Shown here piece by piece: positions 9,430 to 18,834 of a stretch of 31,500 nt of DNA. The notes beneath the pieces are model-generated. The model worked only from the letters and a program-made list of their open reading frames with translations. It ran no database searches and was not told the origin of the DNA. Every line of letters begins with the position of its first letter. The first letter of the stretch is position 1. Origin of the DNA: Candidatus Baldrarchaeum yapensis (GTDB taxonomy: Archaea > Asgardarchaeota > Baldrarchaeia > Baldrarchaeales > Baldrarchaeaceae); contig JAEOSH010000018.1 of NCBI GenBank assembly GCA_016840465.1, forward strand, positions 1-31,500. Direction: 5' to 3'. The position numbers and the translations under genes were made by a program.

Positions 9430-10387
9430 TATTGCCATAATAGGGCATAAGAACGCAGATCCCGATGCCGTATGTAGCATGTACGGGTTATATGTATTAT
9501 TAAGACATGTGCTTCCAGAAAATACTAGATTTTTCCTCGCAGCGGAAGACTATAGTAAGTTATCTAAAAGAATCATGACAGAGTTTGAAATAGACGATCT
9601 CTACCTCTTTGATCTCGAGGAGACTCCGGAGTGTGCAGTAATAGTAGATGCAAATAATCTCGAGCAAATAGGTATTCTTAAGGAGAAGGTGCCTCCGGCA
9701 AAGACCAAGATATTTGTCATAGATCATCACGAGCCACATGCGGATACGTGCACATTTTCGGTGGCATCACTAATAATGAACGACCTTGTTTCGACCGCAG
9801 AAATAATTGTCCAAATATACGAGGATCTAAATGTTCCGATGGATTCGAAAACCGCAACCCTGCTGTTGATGGGAGTGATTTTCGATTCACGGAGGTTTAT
9901 ATTAATCGACGATAAGATATTCTTCGCTGTGAAAAAACTGCTGGATTTTGGTGCCGATTACCAGAGGGCATTAGATATGTTGAGGTTGCCAATGGACAGA
10001 TCAGAACGCATTGCAAGACTAAAGGCCGCCTCTAGGCTTTCATTATTTCAGATCGGGAATTGGATCGTAGCTGCATCTTATGTGAGCGCTTTTGAGGCGA
10101 GCGCATGTCGTGCATTGATCGAGTTGGGCGCCGATGTTGCGGTCGTCATTGCTGAGCGTGGTGACGAGCTTAGGATCAGTGCAAGAGCCACTGAGTTCTT
10201 TTACCAAGAAACAGGAGTAAGTTTGGCGGAAGTTATGGAAAGGGTTGGTAGGAACATAGGGGGAAGTGGTGGCGGTCATGTGACTGCCGCCGGCGCTAAT
10301 GGCAAGGGGGATGCTAAGAAAGGATTAAATGAATTTTTGAAATGTATAAGCGAGATGCTAGGTGCTAAGGTTGAAACGCTAGACTAG
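9380..10387 (+). CDS. DHH/DHHA1 family phosphoesterase
   Basis: 335 aa; GHKNADPDAVCSMYGL, VIVDANN, VIDHHEP, and a C-terminal GGSGGGHVTAAGA DHHA1 motif. Confidence 0.92.
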   Translation: MRPKVLIDLLRRNVKDNIAIIGHKNADPDAVCSMYGLYVLLRHVLPENTRFFLAAEDYSKLSKRIMTEFEIDDLYLFDLEETPECAVIVDANNLEQIGILKEKVPPAKTKIFVIDHHEPHADTCTFSVASLIMNDLVSTAEIIVQIYEDLNVPMDSKTATLLLMGVIFDSRRFILIDDKIFFAVKKLLDFGADYQRALDMLRLPMDRSERIARLKAASRLSLFQIGNWIVAASYVSAFEASACRALIELGADVAVVIAERGDELRISARATEFFYQETGVSLAEVMERVGRNIGGSGGGHVTAAGANGKGDAKKGLNEFLKCISEMLGAKVETLD

Positions 10388-10396
10388 GTGTAATCG

Positions 10397-11242
10397 ATGG
10401 CAATAATCGAAATTAGAAATTTGACTTTCACGTATGCCGGATCTGACGAGCCCGCAATTCGAGACATATCATTAAACATCGAAGAGGGAGAGTTCGTACT
10501 AATAATGGGTAGGAGTGGGTGTGGGAAAACTACTCTCTGTAGATGCCTTAATGGCCTCATACCTCACTTTTACAGGGGGGAAATGAAGGGAGATGTCATC
10601 ATTAATGGTTTAAATACAAGGAAGCATACAGTTGCGGAAATAGCACAGATAGTCGGAATGGTTTTCCAAGAACCGGAAAACCAGTTGGTTACGATGAGTG
10701 TCGAGAAGGAACTCGCATTTGGTCCAGAGAACCTCGGAATACCACCTGATGAGATAAGGGAGAGAGTTGAAAGAGTAATTAAACTGATGAATCTCGAGAA
10801 CATAAGGGATAGAGCCCCTTATGAATTATCCGGGGGAGAGCAACAGAAGGTGGCAATAGCATCGGTACTGACATTAGAACCAAAGATCCTAGTGTTAGAC
10901 GAACCGACATCAAGCCTGGATCCTGCCTCCGCGACTAAAATACTTGAAATCATTGCAAATCTGAATAGGCTCTACGGCATCACCGTGGTGCTGATAGAGC
11001 ACAGACCCGAACTCGTGATGCGCTATGTGACAAAAATCATTATTATGGATAAGGGCAGAATTATCATGGAGGGCAACCCAAGGGAAGTGTTTTCTCATGG
11101 AACTTTTGAGGAATTGGGAATAGAGGCCCCGGTTCCGGTAAGGCTTTTTCATATGTTGAGAAAACGGGGACTTGGTAAGATGAACATAGTGCCTATTACC
11201 GAGGATGAAGCTACACGACTTATTTTGGGGTTGGTGGGATGA
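10397..11242 (+). CDS. ecfA1: ECF transporter energizing ATPase A1
   Basis: Walker A GRSGCGKTT, signature LSGGEQQKVAIAS, Walker B ILVLDEPTSSLDP; paired with a second ATPase and EcfT. Confidence 0.92.
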   Translation: MAIIEIRNLTFTYAGSDEPAIRDISLNIEEGEFVLIMGRSGCGKTTLCRCLNGLIPHFYRGEMKGDVIINGLNTRKHTVAEIAQIVGMVFQEPENQLVTMSVEKELAFGPENLGIPPDEIRERVERVIKLMNLENIRDRAPYELSGGEQQKVAIASVLTLEPKILVLDEPTSSLDPASATKILEIIANLNRLYGITVVLIEHRPELVMRYVTKIIIMDKGRIIMEGNPREVFSHGTFEELGIEAPVPVRLFHMLRKRGLGKMNIVPITEDEATRLILGLVG

Positions 11243-12057
11243 TCGAGGTAGTTGACGTCTGGTATAGGTATCCGGAGGGATCGGTCGCCCTTAGAGGGGT
11301 TTCGCTACAGATAGAGAGGGGAGAATTCATTGCAATAATGGGGGAGAACGGGGCTGGGAAAACCACTCTTATAAAGCATTTCAATGGTTTATTAAAGCCT
11401 CAGAGGGGGGAGGTTTTTGTTGATGGCATCAATACGAAAGAAAGTTCGATTGCTGAACTTTCTAAGAAGGTCGGTGTAGTGTTTCAGAATCCGGATCACC
11501 AGTTGTTTTCATCCACAGTTGAAGAGGAGATTATGTTTTCATTGAACAATCTGAATATCGACGCTGATGAGGCGAGAAGACGAATGGAATGGGTACTTAA
11601 GCTTCTGGATCTTGAGAGGTATAGAAAGAGGTCGCCTTTTTCTTTGAGCGGAGGTGAGAAAAAGAGGCTTGCTCTCGCAACAATACTATGCATGAAGCCT
11701 AAAGTTCTGGTGCTTGATGAACCAACTATGGGACAGGACTTTGAACAAAAGATGAAACTTGCGGAATTGTTACAGAACCTCGTTAGGAAGGGCACTACAG
11801 TCGTAGTGGTCACGCATGATGTAGAATTTGCAGCAATGTACTTTCCTAGAGTTGTACTGATGGCTCGAGGGAGGATAATAGCAGATGGGGTGCCGGAGGA
11901 TGTGCTTACAAATGACGAGATTTTAAGAAGAGCCTCACTCATCCCTCCACAGGCGACGAAAATTGCATGGGAAGTTTCGAGGGAGTTAGAAGATTTTCCG
12001 AGAAAAATTATAAGAGTAAAAGAGTTGTATGAGGCCGTGATTTCATTGGTGAGGTAA
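11239..12057 (+). CDS. ecfA2: ECF transporter energizing ATPase A2
   Basis: Walker A GENGAGKTTLIKHFNG, signature LSGGEKKRLALATIL, Walker B VLVLDEPTMGQD. Confidence 0.92.
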   Translation: MIEVVDVWYRYPEGSVALRGVSLQIERGEFIAIMGENGAGKTTLIKHFNGLLKPQRGEVFVDGINTKESSIAELSKKVGVVFQNPDHQLFSSTVEEEIMFSLNNLNIDADEARRRMEWVLKLLDLERYRKRSPFSLSGGEKKRLALATILCMKPKVLVLDEPTMGQDFEQKMKLAELLQNLVRKGTTVVVVTHDVEFAAMYFPRVVLMARGRIIADGVPEDVLTNDEILRRASLIPPQATKIAWEVSRELEDFPRKIIRVKELYEAVISLVR

Positions 12058-12822
12058 ATGGCAATAGAAATGTTTAGAGGATTCGAATTTAAGAGAAGGG
12101 ATACACTCATCCATAGACTCGATCCTAGGACAAAACTCATAATGTCCCTATCGATCCTCGTGTCATCGTTAATCTTTGATAAGATAATACCGTTATTATT
12201 AGTGTTCTTGATTTCCTTTGCGCTCATATCGATCTCAAAATCCGTCACAGAATGGTATAAGAGCATTAAAGGACTTTCGGTGCTCTTCCTAATAATATTA
12301 ATTGTGAACAGTTTCGCATATTCTCTATCATTCGCAATTGCCATGTGCATACGTCTTGTAAATTTCGTAACTGCGTTCTCCTTGTTCTTTTTGACAACGC
12401 ACCCCGACGACCTTGCTCATGCTTTAATATCACTTAGAATCCCCTTTGAAATCGCGTTTGCATTTTCTATGGCCACAAGATATGTGCCGACGCTTGCTCG
12501 GGAGGCACAGATAATAGCGGAAGCGCAGATGTCGAGGGGGTTGGAGTTGCAGAAAGGAGGATTCCTGCAGAGGGTTAGAAATCTAATACCGTTAATAGTT
12601 CCTCTAGTCATCTGTAGTATAAAGAGGGCCCTTTCTGTTGCCGAGAGTTTGGAGTCACGTTGCTTTGGAGCTGTTAAGAAGAGAACATACTTACATGAAT
12701 TGAAATTTGGACTTTGGGACTTTTTAATGTCATTTGCCTTTTTGGGATTAGTGATATGGTCGGCTGTTACCACATTCCTGGTAGGTTATCCAAGAGTATT
12801 CACATTAGAACTCCCAATTTGA
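12058..12822 (+). CDS. ecfT: ECF transporter transmembrane component T
   Basis: Multi-TM 254 aa; HRLDPRTKLIM start and QIIAEAQMSRGLEL plus AESLESRCFG coupling-helix motifs. Confidence 0.92.
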   Translation: MAIEMFRGFEFKRRDTLIHRLDPRTKLIMSLSILVSSLIFDKIIPLLLVFLISFALISISKSVTEWYKSIKGLSVLFLIILIVNSFAYSLSFAIAMCIRLVNFVTAFSLFFLTTHPDDLAHALISLRIPFEIAFAFSMATRYVPTLAREAQIIAEAQMSRGLELQKGGFLQRVRNLIPLIVPLVICSIKRALSVAESLESRCFGAVKKRTYLHELKFGLWDFLMSFAFLGLVIWSAVTTFLVGYPRVFTLELPI

Positions 12823-12975
12823 CATGATGGCATGAAATTTGAGTAAGCCTTTCATGCAAGGATACCCGAGACGTTATGTCCTTGTGTCTGAGGAAAATAT
12901 TGGGGCATGCCCTAAGAAACGTAAAAATACTGTTATGGAAAGTACTGATTGGTACATTATTTCGGGTGAGAAGGA

Positions 12976-13572
12976 GTGGTTGAATACGAGGCTCCCTGGT
13001 GGGACGAAATATATGATCTTACATTAAAGCTTGCGGAAATGATAATGGAGGATGGTTTTAAGCCAGACATAATTGTCGGAATTGCACGCGGCGGATGGGT
13101 GGTCGCGAGACTATTATCCGACTTTCTTAAGAATCCCAATACTGCGAATTTGAAGATAGAGTTTTATAAGGGGATCGCGGAGACCGCCGAGAAGCCTGTC
13201 ATAACGCAACCGGTCTCTGCTGATGTTAAAGGGAAAAATGTACTCATATGTGACGATGTTGCTGATACCGGGCATAGCTTAAGAGTCGCTTTTGAGCACA
13301 TCAAGGAGTTAGGAGCTAAGGAGATAAAGGTCGCGACCCTACATCTCAAGCCGTGGTCGATTTTTAAACCCGACTTTTACGTGAAAGAGACAAGAGCATG
13401 GATAATATATCCTTGGGAAATTAGAGAAACCATCGAGAAAATAGCTTCGGATCTCGAAAAGGAAGGAAAGAGCGAAGAGGAAATCTTGGAGGCTCTGAGG
13501 ACCACAAACATAAAGCCCCGTCTAATAGAATATTTCTACGAGCTTTATAAGCGGCAAAAGGAGAAAGAGTAA
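12976..13572 (+). CDS. Phosphoribosyltransferase (xanthine/hypoxanthine-type)
   Basis: 198 aa, GTG start; PDIIVGIARGGWVVARLLSDFL and PRPP loop VLICDDVADTGHSL. Confidence 0.88.
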   Translation: MVEYEAPWWDEIYDLTLKLAEMIMEDGFKPDIIVGIARGGWVVARLLSDFLKNPNTANLKIEFYKGIAETAEKPVITQPVSADVKGKNVLICDDVADTGHSLRVAFEHIKELGAKEIKVATLHLKPWSIFKPDFYVKETRAWIIYPWEIRETIEKIASDLEKEGKSEEEILEALRTTNIKPRLIEYFYELYKRQKEKE

Positions 13573-13585
13573 TGGTGTCTTTTAA

Positions 13586-14185
13586 ATGCCGCTCATAGAG
13601 CTTTCGGAAAACGACAGATTTGAAAACCTGAGTTTTGTGCTCATAAGTGGAGTGAAGGATGTCAAGATAGACAATCTTACCGCTGTGATAGATAAAATAC
13701 TGGATCTTTCATCGAGAGAAGGTTTAGTGATACAGTTATTCGATGCAACAAAAGTTGCTTCATGGAAGCATCTATTTGTCGCCGCATTGAACGCCTTAAA
13801 GGCATTTAAACACAAGTACAATATTTCGTCTAAGCTTGGCATGGAGATACTGATATTTGCGTCCGGACAGCGCCAAATAAGAGATGCTATTTCGATGCTC
13901 GGGTTGTCGAAGGATACTAAGGAGGTGGCAGTGGTTATACTTGGGAGTGCTAAAGATAAACTTGATAGAGTCCTCAAGGAGATCGCTGGTATGCTAAATG
14001 GAAGAATAGACGATAGCATACTTGAAATATTATCCGAGCACAAGGTTAGGGTATTAAGAGGGACTTTTGGAATATCTGATGAGGAGTTGGAGACAAGTAC
14101 AAAATCACAGCGATTCTCTGATATCGCTGACGCTTTAGTCAAGTGTATTATAAATAGATCATCCCTCTTGGTTGTCCAGAGATGA
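13586..14185 (+). CDS. cgi121: KEOPS complex subunit Cgi121
   Basis: 199 aa; FDATKVASWKHLFVAALNALKAFKHKYNISSKLGMEILIFASGQRQIRDAISMLGLS matches the Cgi121/TPRKB pattern. Confidence 0.88.
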   Translation: MPLIELSENDRFENLSFVLISGVKDVKIDNLTAVIDKILDLSSREGLVIQLFDATKVASWKHLFVAALNALKAFKHKYNISSKLGMEILIFASGQRQIRDAISMLGLSKDTKEVAVVILGSAKDKLDRVLKEIAGMLNGRIDDSILEILSEHKVRVLRGTFGISDEELETSTKSQRFSDIADALVKCIINRSSLLVVQR

Positions 14186-14710
14186 TCATTTTCTCAATTT
14201 CTCGATGGAGAGTATGTCATCGGGCTTTATCACCGATATTCCAGTCCACTTCCCTACAACTTCTACCTGTATTATCCAATCAGGGTTTTCGAGATTGACC
14301 TTGCGGTTTATGTGTTTTGCAATCGCTTCTATTATATCTGTCCTCGATAATGTAGTATAACGCTTTCTTACGGTTATTCTAAAGGTTTCGCTCTCCTTTA
14401 TTCGGTCTTTCGCAAGTTCCGCTGCACTTTTCTCTATTTCCTCTATTTTCGACGGAACAACTACTTCAAGAGGAACATACTTCAATGTATACCTGAACTG
14501 CCAAGGATCCTCCATTGCTCGCTCTTTAAGCATTCTTATCGCCTCGAAGGGGTTCAGCGAGGTCTTTACCGCTACGAGTCCTGGGACTCCGGTTCTTTCA
14601 CATTTCACGCTTCTATCTCCCATTTCACTGAAAAAGTACCATATCTCTGCGCATGCGTCGTTTTCTCTTCCCTTAAGACATGACACGAGAATGTTATAAT
14701 CCTTAATCAC
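14186..14710 (-). CDS. THUMP-domain protein (Tan1-like, tRNA modification)
   Basis: 174 aa; FRITVRKRYTTLSRTDIIEAIAKHINRKVNLENPDWIIQVEVVGKWTGISVIKPDDILS is a THUMP signature. Confidence 0.85.
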   Translation of the reverse strand: MIKDYNILVSCLKGRENDACAEIWYFFSEMGDRSVKCERTGVPGLVAVKTSLNPFEAIRMLKERAMEDPWQFRYTLKYVPLEVVVPSKIEEIEKSAAELAKDRIKESETFRITVRKRYTTLSRTDIIEAIAKHINRKVNLENPDWIIQVEVVGKWTGISVIKPDDILSIEKLRK

Positions 14711-14784
14711 ATCTATATCCTCCTAGTTTACACGTCTATAGTCCCTTTAACGGACCAAGTTATAAGTGAGACCCCTAAGCACAG

Positions 14785-15708
14785 GTGTACATGATGGGTT
14801 CCCCGCCGATAAACGAAATTGAGTGTGTCATTTTAGCTGCAGGAAAGGGCGAAAGACTTGGTGAGATCTCAAAGTACATTCCAAAACCTCTTATACCAAT
14901 CGCAAACCGGCCACTGATATCGTATGTCATTGAGAATGTCAGGAAGATGGGAATACGAGAAATAACGGTTGTTGCGGGGAAAAACTACTCAAAACTTCTC
15001 AAACTGTTATCAGATAACAACGGTATTAGAGTAATAAGAGCGGGGAACTTCGAGAAGGGGCCTTTATTTACATTCTTAGACGCGGAACCTTACATTGAGC
15101 GGCACTACGTGCTGATATTGCCTTGCGATCTTGTCGCAGACTTTAGCTTCTTTTCAGAGTTCATCAGAAAATGCAACATGAACTTTCAGATAAATCTGGC
15201 GGTATGCCGTAAAAGACAGCCCCTAGGAAGCATGAAAATAATACCCGCGAGGATGGCACTGATTTCAAAAGATTTCTTCATGATTTTACATAAGGCCGAG
15301 AATGAGGGATATAAACGCGTGATAGACGCAATAATGCTTGCCGAACAACTAGGTATTGGAGTGAATAGGGTGCCCCTAAGTAGTGCAAAGTGGGTGGACG
15401 TGGACACAATATCCGATCTTTTAAGGGCGCATAAATTCGTGCTTGAGAGAATACCGATGCCCTCAGGTGCTGCATGTGATAGTTGTCTCGACAGAGTATT
15501 GCTAATAAAACCCCTTATTATTGGTAGGAACATAACGTTTTCCGGCCCATCGGTGATCGGACCATATGTTTCCATAGGAGATAACGCGACAATTGGCGAT
15601 TCGACATTTTTGACGAATGTAATAGTCATGGCGGGGGCTCAGGTGGGCGCCGGACTTCTTATAAATAATGCTGTTATTTATAGAGACAGGATTTTCCGGG
15701 ATGAGTGA
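14785..15708 (+). CDS. Sugar/polyol-phosphate nucleotidyltransferase
   Basis: CVILAAGKGERLGEISKYIPKPLIPIANRPLISYVIENVRKMG plus hexapeptide-like C-terminal repeats (IGPYVSIGDNATIGDSTFLTNVIVMAGAQVG). Confidence 0.88.
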   Translation: MYMMGSPPINEIECVILAAGKGERLGEISKYIPKPLIPIANRPLISYVIENVRKMGIREITVVAGKNYSKLLKLLSDNNGIRVIRAGNFEKGPLFTFLDAEPYIERHYVLILPCDLVADFSFFSEFIRKCNMNFQINLAVCRKRQPLGSMKIIPARMALISKDFFMILHKAENEGYKRVIDAIMLAEQLGIGVNRVPLSSAKWVDVDTISDLLRAHKFVLERIPMPSGAACDSCLDRVLLIKPLIIGRNITFSGPSVIGPYVSIGDNATIGDSTFLTNVIVMAGAQVGAGLLINNAVIYRDRIFRDE

Positions 15709-16318
15709 TGAGATGAGCAGATTCCGAGTTCGAAGAGTCTTTAGGCCATTTGTATACAGGATCGCCGAAAGCCTTGCCGAAATGGGTATACGTCCAAATC
15801 ATATAACTGTAGTTTCGCTCTTATCGGCGGTTATTTCTGCGATTTTTATTGCCTTATCAAATGTTTTGCTTGCAGGGATCGCTATATTCATGACCGGGTT
15901 GCTGGATGGAGTTGATGGTGCGATTGCACGCATTATGAATATGGAGACAAGAAAGGGGGCGTTTCTGGACGCTATGCTTGACAGGTACGGAGATGTTATA
16001 ATAATTGGGAGTTTCTTGTTTTATGAGCCAAAGGTTTTCTTTCTCTTCCGATTCGAACTTTGGATTCTGGTGGCGATAATTGGCTCGCTGATGGTTAGTT
16101 ACTCGAGGGCACGAGGTGAAGCCATGGGTGTCCGGTGTTTGGATGTAGGGTTGATGGGGAGGTCCGAAAGGCTGTTTCTATTAACAATTTTCTGCATATT
16201 AGGCTTATTCGATCCGCGCCTTCCATCATTTGGGCTTATATTACTAGCTATTCTATCAAATGCAACGGCTCTTCACAGGATCTTCTTTGGGTTTAGGATG
16301 TTAAATACCAACAGGTAA
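15701..16318 (+). CDS. CDP-alcohol phosphatidyltransferase (archaetidylinositol-phosphate synthase-like)
   Basis: Motif DGxDGxxAR...GxxxDxxxD present: GLLDGVDGAIARIMNMETRKGAFLDAMLDRYGD. The track start at 15668 lies inside the upstream gene; MSDEMSRF at 15701 fits better. Confidence 0.88.
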   Translation: MSDEMSRFRVRRVFRPFVYRIAESLAEMGIRPNHITVVSLLSAVISAIFIALSNVLLAGIAIFMTGLLDGVDGAIARIMNMETRKGAFLDAMLDRYGDVIIIGSFLFYEPKVFFLFRFELWILVAIIGSLMVSYSRARGEAMGVRCLDVGLMGRSERLFLLTIFCILGLFDPRLPSFGLILLAILSNATALHRIFFGFRMLNTNR

Positions 16319-16332
16319 CGTGAGGGGTTCTT

Positions 16333-17088
16333 TTGAAGAAGTTGGAGATATACGGTCTCGAAAAAATACCGATTGTTAAAGAGGGCGATAACGTGGCCGA
16401 GTTGATTGTAAAAGCAGCAGAAGAGGAGGGTGTCGGAATAGAGGACGGTGACATAATAGTCATAGCTCAGTCAATAATTTCGAGGGCAGAGGGATCCATT
16501 GTAGATCTTACAAAGATCAAACCTAGTGAATTTGCTAAAATGATTGCGAAGGAAACTGGTAAGGATCCACGCATTGTAGAAGTGATACTGCGGGAGGCCA
16601 AGGAGGTTGTGAGGATGGGACATGGAGTCATCGTGACTCTTACTCATCACGGAATCGTATGTGCAAATAGCGGAGTTGATAAGTCTAACGTGCCTGGGGA
16701 ACATCTGGTAAGCGTACTGCCACGCGATCCCGATAAGTCCGCACAGAAGATTCGAGAGGAGATAAGGAGATTAACCGGCAAGGAAGTTGCAGTAATAATA
16801 AGTGACACCATGGGGCGGCCCCTTAGAGAGGGAGTTATAGGGGTTGCGATCGGAGCAGCCGGCATCTCACCGCTGTGGGATAGGAGAGGAGATAAGGATC
16901 TCTTCGGGTACACCCTCCAAGTAACCGTTGTGGCAATTGCAGATGAGCTCGCATCCGCCGCCGAACTGGTAATGGGCGAGGCCGATGAGGGAATACCAGT
17001 TGTGATTATAAGGGGTTTTAAGTATCCCCGAGGCAATGAGGGGGCGCGGGTATTAAATAGACCTCGTGAGAAAGATCTCTTCTGGTGA
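16333..17088 (+). CDS. cofE: Coenzyme F420-0:L-glutamate ligase
   Basis: 251 aa; GDIIVIAQSIISRAEGSIVDL, IISDTMGRPLREGVIGVAIGAAGI. Confidence 0.95.
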   Translation: MKKLEIYGLEKIPIVKEGDNVAELIVKAAEEEGVGIEDGDIIVIAQSIISRAEGSIVDLTKIKPSEFAKMIAKETGKDPRIVEVILREAKEVVRMGHGVIVTLTHHGIVCANSGVDKSNVPGEHLVSVLPRDPDKSAQKIREEIRRLTGKEVAVIISDTMGRPLREGVIGVAIGAAGISPLWDRRGDKDLFGYTLQVTVVAIADELASAAELVMGEADEGIPVVIIRGFKYPRGNEGARVLNRPREKDLFW

Positions 17089-17092
17089 ACCT

Positions 17093-18025
17093 ATGATCAC
17101 AGTATTATCAGGCGGAACCGGAACCCCGAAACTGCTGAAGGGGCTACTAAGAGTAATTCCGCAGAGAGATCTGACAATCATCGCCAATACGGCCGATGAC
17201 ATTGAGCTTTATGGACTGTACATATCCCCTGATGTTGATACGATAATCTACCTGTTGGCTGGACTCTTGGATGAGGAAAAGTGGTGGGGAATCAGGGGAG
17301 ACACTTTTCACTTTGTTGAGATGATGCGGCGGTACGGCGAGGAGGCGTGGTTTAATCTTGGAGATAGAGATTTGGCAATACATGTCATCAGAACGAGGCT
17401 TCTTAGAAGAGGCTGGAAACTATCAGAGGTGATAAAGAAAATATGCTCCTCTCTGTCGATAGAGGCTACTATTTTACCAATGACGGATGATAGAGTTGAA
17501 ACACGAATAATTACAAGTGATGGGCGAAATATTCACTTTCAGGAGTTTTGGGTCAAGTATCGGGGAAATATATGCATCAAAGATGTCATATTTAGCGGAA
17601 TAGAAAAAGCGAGACCAGCCGATGGCGTAATAGACGCAATAGAATCATCAAAGGGAGTAATTATAGGTCCCAGTAATCCAATTACGAGCATCGGGCCAAT
17701 AGTCTCCATTAAAGGGATAAGAGAGGCTCTTAGGGATAAAAGTCCGGTTATTGCAATTTCTCCAATAGTTGGCAATAAGCCGGTCAGCGGCCCTGCGGCT
17801 CAACTTATGAAAGCTAAGGGCGTAGAGGTATCCTCGTTAGGAGTTGCGGAGTTGTACAGTGACTTCTTGGACATCTTTATAATAGACAAGAGGGATCAGA
17901 ATCTAAAAGATGAAATAGAGGGGTTAGGGATAAAGGTCATAGTTGCCGATACGATTATGGATAATGACGAGAAAAGGATGCGTCTTGCGCTTATAACGCT
18001 GAAGGCAATGGGTGTGGAAATTTGA
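17093..18025 (+). CDS. cofD: 2-phospho-L-lactate transferase
   Basis: MITVLSGGTGTPKLLKGLLRV...NTADDIELYGLYISPDVDTIIYLLAG; immediately downstream of cofE. Confidence 0.95.
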   Translation: MITVLSGGTGTPKLLKGLLRVIPQRDLTIIANTADDIELYGLYISPDVDTIIYLLAGLLDEEKWWGIRGDTFHFVEMMRRYGEEAWFNLGDRDLAIHVIRTRLLRRGWKLSEVIKKICSSLSIEATILPMTDDRVETRIITSDGRNIHFQEFWVKYRGNICIKDVIFSGIEKARPADGVIDAIESSKGVIIGPSNPITSIGPIVSIKGIREALRDKSPVIAISPIVGNKPVSGPAAQLMKAKGVEVSSLGVAELYSDFLDIFIIDKRDQNLKDEIEGLGIKVIVADTIMDNDEKRMRLALITLKAMGVEI

Positions 18026-18834
18026 AGAGGTTGGTATTCAAAAGTCCTGTTTTTCAGTCGGCGATTGCGGGGGTGGCCGATGGGCATTTTTGTTTTAAGG
18101 CTGCAGTGGCGGGAGCCGGACTCGTGACAATTGGTGGTGTTAGTTTAGATGAGGATAGTTTACATGCAACACGTGAGATAATTGCGCGTGGAAGAAAGGA
18201 ATTTTACTTTGAAATTGACGAACGAGAGGAATTCTTGAAGGAAAATATAAGGGTTGCAAAGAAGGGAGGAAGCCCCGTTGCGGTTAATGTGCGCGTTTGC
18301 TCGTTTAAAGGACTTTTAGAGGCAGGGAAAATAGTTGAGGCGTGTGGTGCAGACATATTTGAGTTAAATGCACATTGTAGACAACCTGAAATAACATCGA
18401 GAGGAGGAGGACAAGAGTTACTCAAGAATCCTAATAAGCTCAAAGATTGGCTTTTAGCCATCCGAGAAGAAATACAAATACCCGTATCAGTGAAAATACG
18501 TGCTAATGTCGGAAACACCCTTAAAATAGTAAAGATGCTTTCGGAGATTCCCGTTGATATTATACATATAGATGCTATGGTTCCCGGGGAGCCTCGTGCC
18601 GATCTTCAGCTGTTACGAGAAGTTTGTAAGTCAGTTGACATGTTTGTTATAGGTAATAATTCCGTAACTGACGGCATCTCCGCATATCGGATGCTGAATA
18701 CAGGAGTAAATGCCGTTTCAGTTGCTAGAGCCATTATGGCATCACCTTCTGCCATCAGCAAGATTATTGATGAGTTGAAGCAGATATTAGGGGAGAGGTT
18801 GCGTCCAATTGTGCTACATCCTGATTCCGGTTAA
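18022..18834 (+). CDS. TIM-barrel flavoprotein related to tRNA-dihydrouridine synthase, F420-cluster associated
   Basis: 270 aa; FELNAHCRQPEITSRGGGQELLKNPNKLKDWLLAIREEIQIPVSVKIRAN resembles the Dus catalytic region; overlaps cofD and cofC. Confidence 0.7.
   Translation: MKRLVFKSPVFQSAIAGVADGHFCFKAAVAGAGLVTIGGVSLDEDSLHATREIIARGRKEFYFEIDEREEFLKENIRVAKKGGSPVAVNVRVCSFKGLLEAGKIVEACGADIFELNAHCRQPEITSRGGGQELLKNPNKLKDWLLAIREEIQIPVSVKIRANVGNTLKIVKMLSEIPVDIIHIDAMVPGEPRADLQLLREVCKSVDMFVIGNNSVTDGISAYRMLNTGVNAVSVARAIMASPSAISKIIDELKQILGERLRPIVLHPDSG

Noticed and set aside
11496-12350. 284-aa ORF on the minus strand
   Set aside because: Antisense to ecfA2 and ecfT; no recognisable domain.
12825-12891. C/D-box-like ATGATGG ... 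CTGA upstream of the phosphoribosyltransferase
   Set aside because: Degenerate C box and the flanks do not pair to complete a terminal kink-turn, unlike the other two candidates.
12839-13027. 62-aa frame MSKPFMQGYPRRYVLV...
   Set aside because: TTG start, overlaps the phosphoribosyltransferase start by 52 bp in another frame, no recognised domain; kept only as part of a leader finding.
15668-15700. Extended N-terminus of the CDP-alcohol phosphatidyltransferase
   Set aside because: Lies inside the upstream gene; internal ATG at 15701 gives a better start.
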